64,000 nucleotides of DNA, taken from the NCBI RefSeq assembly GCF_036365525.1, contig NC_090403.1, positions 40,797,095 to 40,861,094 of the forward strand, written 5' to 3'. A model generated the notes under the pieces. That model ran no database searches and was not told the origin of the DNA. It worked only from the letters and a program-made list of their open reading frames with translations. Both the position numbers and the translations under genes were made by a program. The DNA is from Heterodontus francisci. Lineage: Eukaryota. Positions 61,064 through 64,000 of this stretch are shown here, in pieces; position 1 is the first letter of the stretch, and each line of letters starts with the position of its first letter.

Positions 61064-64000
61064 TTCTTTTGGGCCTCCTTATCTCGAGAGACAATGTATA
61101 CGCGCCTGGAGGTGGTCAGTGGTTTGTGAAGCAGCGCCTGGAGTGGCTATAAAGGCCAATTCTAGAGTGACAGGCTTTTCCACAGGTGCTGCAGAGAAAT
61201 TTGTTTGTCGGGGCTGTTGCACAGTTGGCTCTCCCCTGGCGCCTCTGTCTTTTTTCCTGCCAACTACTAAGTCTCTTCGACTCGCCACATTTTAGCCCTG
61301 TCTTTATGGCTGCCCGCCAGCTCTGGCGAACGCTGGCAACTGACTCCCATGACTTGTGATCAATGTCACAGGATTTCATGTCGCGTTTGCAGACGTCTTT
61401 ATAGCGGAGACATGGACGGCCGGTAGGTCTGATACCAGTGGCGAGCTCGCTGTACAATGTGTCTTTGGGGATCCTGCCATCTTCCATGCGGCTCACATGG
61501 CCAAGCCATCTCAAGCGCCGCTGACTCAGTAGTGCGTACAAGCTGGGGATGTTGGCCGCCTCGAGGACTTCTGTGTTGGAGATACGGTCCTGCCACCTGA
61601 TGCCAAGTATTCTCCGGAGGCAGCGAAGATGGAATGAATTGAGACGTCGCTCTTGGCTGACATATGTTGTCCAGGCCTCGCTGCCATAGAGCAAGGTACT
61701 GAGGACACAGGCCTGATACACTCGGACCTTTGTGTTCCGTGTCAGTGCGCCATTTTCCCACACTCTCTTGGCCAGTCTGGACATAGCAGTGGAAGCCTTT
61801 CCCATGCGCTTGTTGATTTCTGCATCTAGAGACAGGTTACTGGTGATAGTTGAGCCTAGGTAGGTGAACTCTTGAACTACTTCCAGAGCGTGGTCGCCAA
61901 TATTGATGGATGGAGCATTTCTGACATCCTGCCCCATGATGTTTGATTTCTTGAGGCTGATGGTTAGGCCAAATTCATTGCAGGCAGCCGCAAACCTGTC
62001 GGTGAGACTCTGCAGGCACTCTTCAGTGTGAGATGTTAAAGCAGCATCGTCAGCAAAGAGGAGTTCCCTGATGAGGACTTTCCGTACTTTGGACTTCGCT
62101 CTTAGACGGGCAAGGTTGAGCAACCTGACCCCTGATCTTGTGTGGAGGAAAATTCCTTCTTCAGAGGACTTGAACGCATGTGAAAGCAGCAGGGAGAAGA
62201 AAATCCCAAAAAGTGTGGGTGCGAAAACACAGCCCTGTTTCACGCCACTCAGGATAGGAAAGGGCTCTGAGGAGGAGCCACCATGTTGAATTGTGCCTTT
62301 CATATTGTCATGGAATGAGGTGATGATACTTAGTAGCTTTGGTGGGCATCCAATCTTTTCTAGTAGTCTGAAGAGACCACGTCTGCTGACGAGGTCAAAG
62401 GCTTTGGTGAGATCAATGAAAGCAATGTAGAGGGGCATCTGTTGTTCACGGCATTTCTCCTGTATCTGACGAAGGGAGAACAGCATGTCAACGGTCGATC
62501 TCTCTGCACGAAAGCCACACTGTGCCTCAGGGTAGACGTGCTCGGCCAGCTTCTGGAGCCTGTTCAGAGCGACTCGAGCAAAGACTTTCCCCACTATGCT
62601 GAGCAGGGAAATTCCACGGTAGTTGTTGCAGTCACCGTGGTCACCTTTGTTTTTATAGAGGGTGATGATATTGGCATCGCGCATGTCCTGGGGTACTGCT
62701 CCCTCGTCCCAGCACAGGCAAAGCAGTTCATGTAGTGCTGAGAGTATAGCAGGCTTGGCACTCTTGATTATTTCAGGGGTAATGCTGTCCTTCCCAGGGG
62801 CTTTTCCACTGGCTAGAGAATCAATGGCATCACTGAGTTCCGATTTGGTTGGCTGTATGTCCAGCTCATCCATGACTGGTAGAGGCTGGGCTGCATTGAG
62901 GGCAATCTCAGTGACAGCATTCTCCCTGGAGTACAGTTCTAGGTAGTGCTCAAATCAGCGGACCATTTGTTTGTGTTGGTCAGTGATTATGTCCCCCAAT
63001 TTAGATTTGTGGGGGGTGATCTTCTTGATGGTTGGCCCAAGAGCTCTCTTCATGCCATCATACATTCCTCTGATGTTTCCGGTGTCTGAGGCCAGCTGAA
63101 TATGACTGCATAGGTGTTGCCAGTAGTCATTTGCGCAGCGCCTGGCTGTTCTTTGTGCAGTGCTTCTGGCTGCTTTAAGTGCTGCGGATGTTAAATCGCT
63201 GGGGGCTTTCTTGTAGTTCAACAGTGCAATGCGCTTAGCGGCTATGACAGATTCCAGCTCTTCATTATGAGATTGAAACCAGTCTGCATTTCTCTTCGCA
63301 CTTTTACCGTAGGTGGTCAAAGCTGACTCATAGATGGCGTCTCTGATGTGGGCCCACTTGGTCTCAGCATCCCCTGTGGGAGTGTTTTGAAGGGCTGTTA
63401 CAAGTGAATTTAGAAATTTTTGTAACAGCTGTGGGTGAGAAATTCTGCTGGTGTTGATGCGCGGGTGGCCCTTCTGCTTGGAATGATGCAACTTCTTTGG
63501 TCTGAGTCTAACCTTGCTGCACACCAGGGAGTGGTCGGTGTCGCAGTCTGCACTTTGGAAGCTGCGTGTGATTTGAACACTGTTTAAGGCGGCTCGCCTT
63601 GTGACAATGAGGTCTAGCTGGTGCCAACGACGTGATCTTGGGTGCCTCCATGAAACCTGGTGACAGGGTTTAGTGTGAAAGAACGAGTTGGTGATGCAGA
63701 GGTTATGATAGGTACACAACTCAAGCAGTCTTTGCCCGTTCTCATTCATCCTTCCAACGCCATAGCGCCCAAGGCAGGAGGGCCATGAGTCATGGTCGGC
63801 CCCAACCCTGGCATTAAAGTCCCCCAGCAGGAATAGGTGTTCGGTGTTGGGGATGCTGCTAATGATGTTATGGAGTTGCTCGTAGAACTGGTCTTTAGCT
63901 TCAGGAGGGAAGCAGAGTGTTGGAGCATAGATGCTGAGTAGGTGTACTGGACCAGAGGTGGTGAGCAGTCGGATGGACAGTATGCGTTCCGAGCCATTTG
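61064..64000 (-). mobile_element. Young RTE-clade LINE (APE endonuclease, RT and C-terminal C2H2-like finger), running off the window edge
   Basis: One reading frame runs from 63998 to 61116 with a single internal TGA at 62955-62957. Motifs include SIYAPT, LLGDFNARVG, SADCDTDH, NYRGISLL, FIDLTKAFD, GVKQGC, LLFADD and CSTCGKACHSRIGLYSH. The 3' UTR is short and ends in AAAAGAAAG. Confidence 0.96.

Noticed and set aside
63746-63997. 83-aa ORF suggesting an RTE ORF1 or a frameshift
   Set aside because: Manual translation shows that the endonuclease frame (NGSERILSIRL...GDFNARVG...GRMNENG) is open to the window edge, so this ORF is only an alternative frame.

Overview
This is eukaryotic (vertebrate) genomic DNA, most likely from a shark or other elasmobranch. 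That assignment is inferred from the repeat families, not from a database search. The only supportable host gene is a GIRK1/Kir3.1-type (KCNJ3-like) G-protein-gated inward-rectifier K+ channel on the minus strand. Its 217-bp internal exon (53667-53883) and terminal coding exon (8971-9575) are separated by a 44-kb intron, and exon 1 lies beyond the right edge of the window. Almost everything else is transposon-derived: several decayed PIF/Harbinger elements (HARBI1-like transposase plus an intron-containing Myb/SANT gene) and their MITEs with 3-bp target duplications, many CR1 LINE fragments, four LTRs, Deu-domain and other SINEs, L2 tails, Penelope-like termini with decayed minimal hammerhead ribozymes, and a young RTE LINE with a single premature stop. 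Most short ORFs in the ORF track are spurious or TE fragments. No prokaryotic-type system, CRISPR array, tRNA or rRNA gene is supported. The best leads are a 63-bp-period repeat and alternating hairpin cassette inside a solo LTR, the Harbinger/MITE radiation, the hammerhead remnants, the near-intact RTE, and the possibility that the channel is a GIRK1 paralogue rather than the KCNJ3 orthologue.
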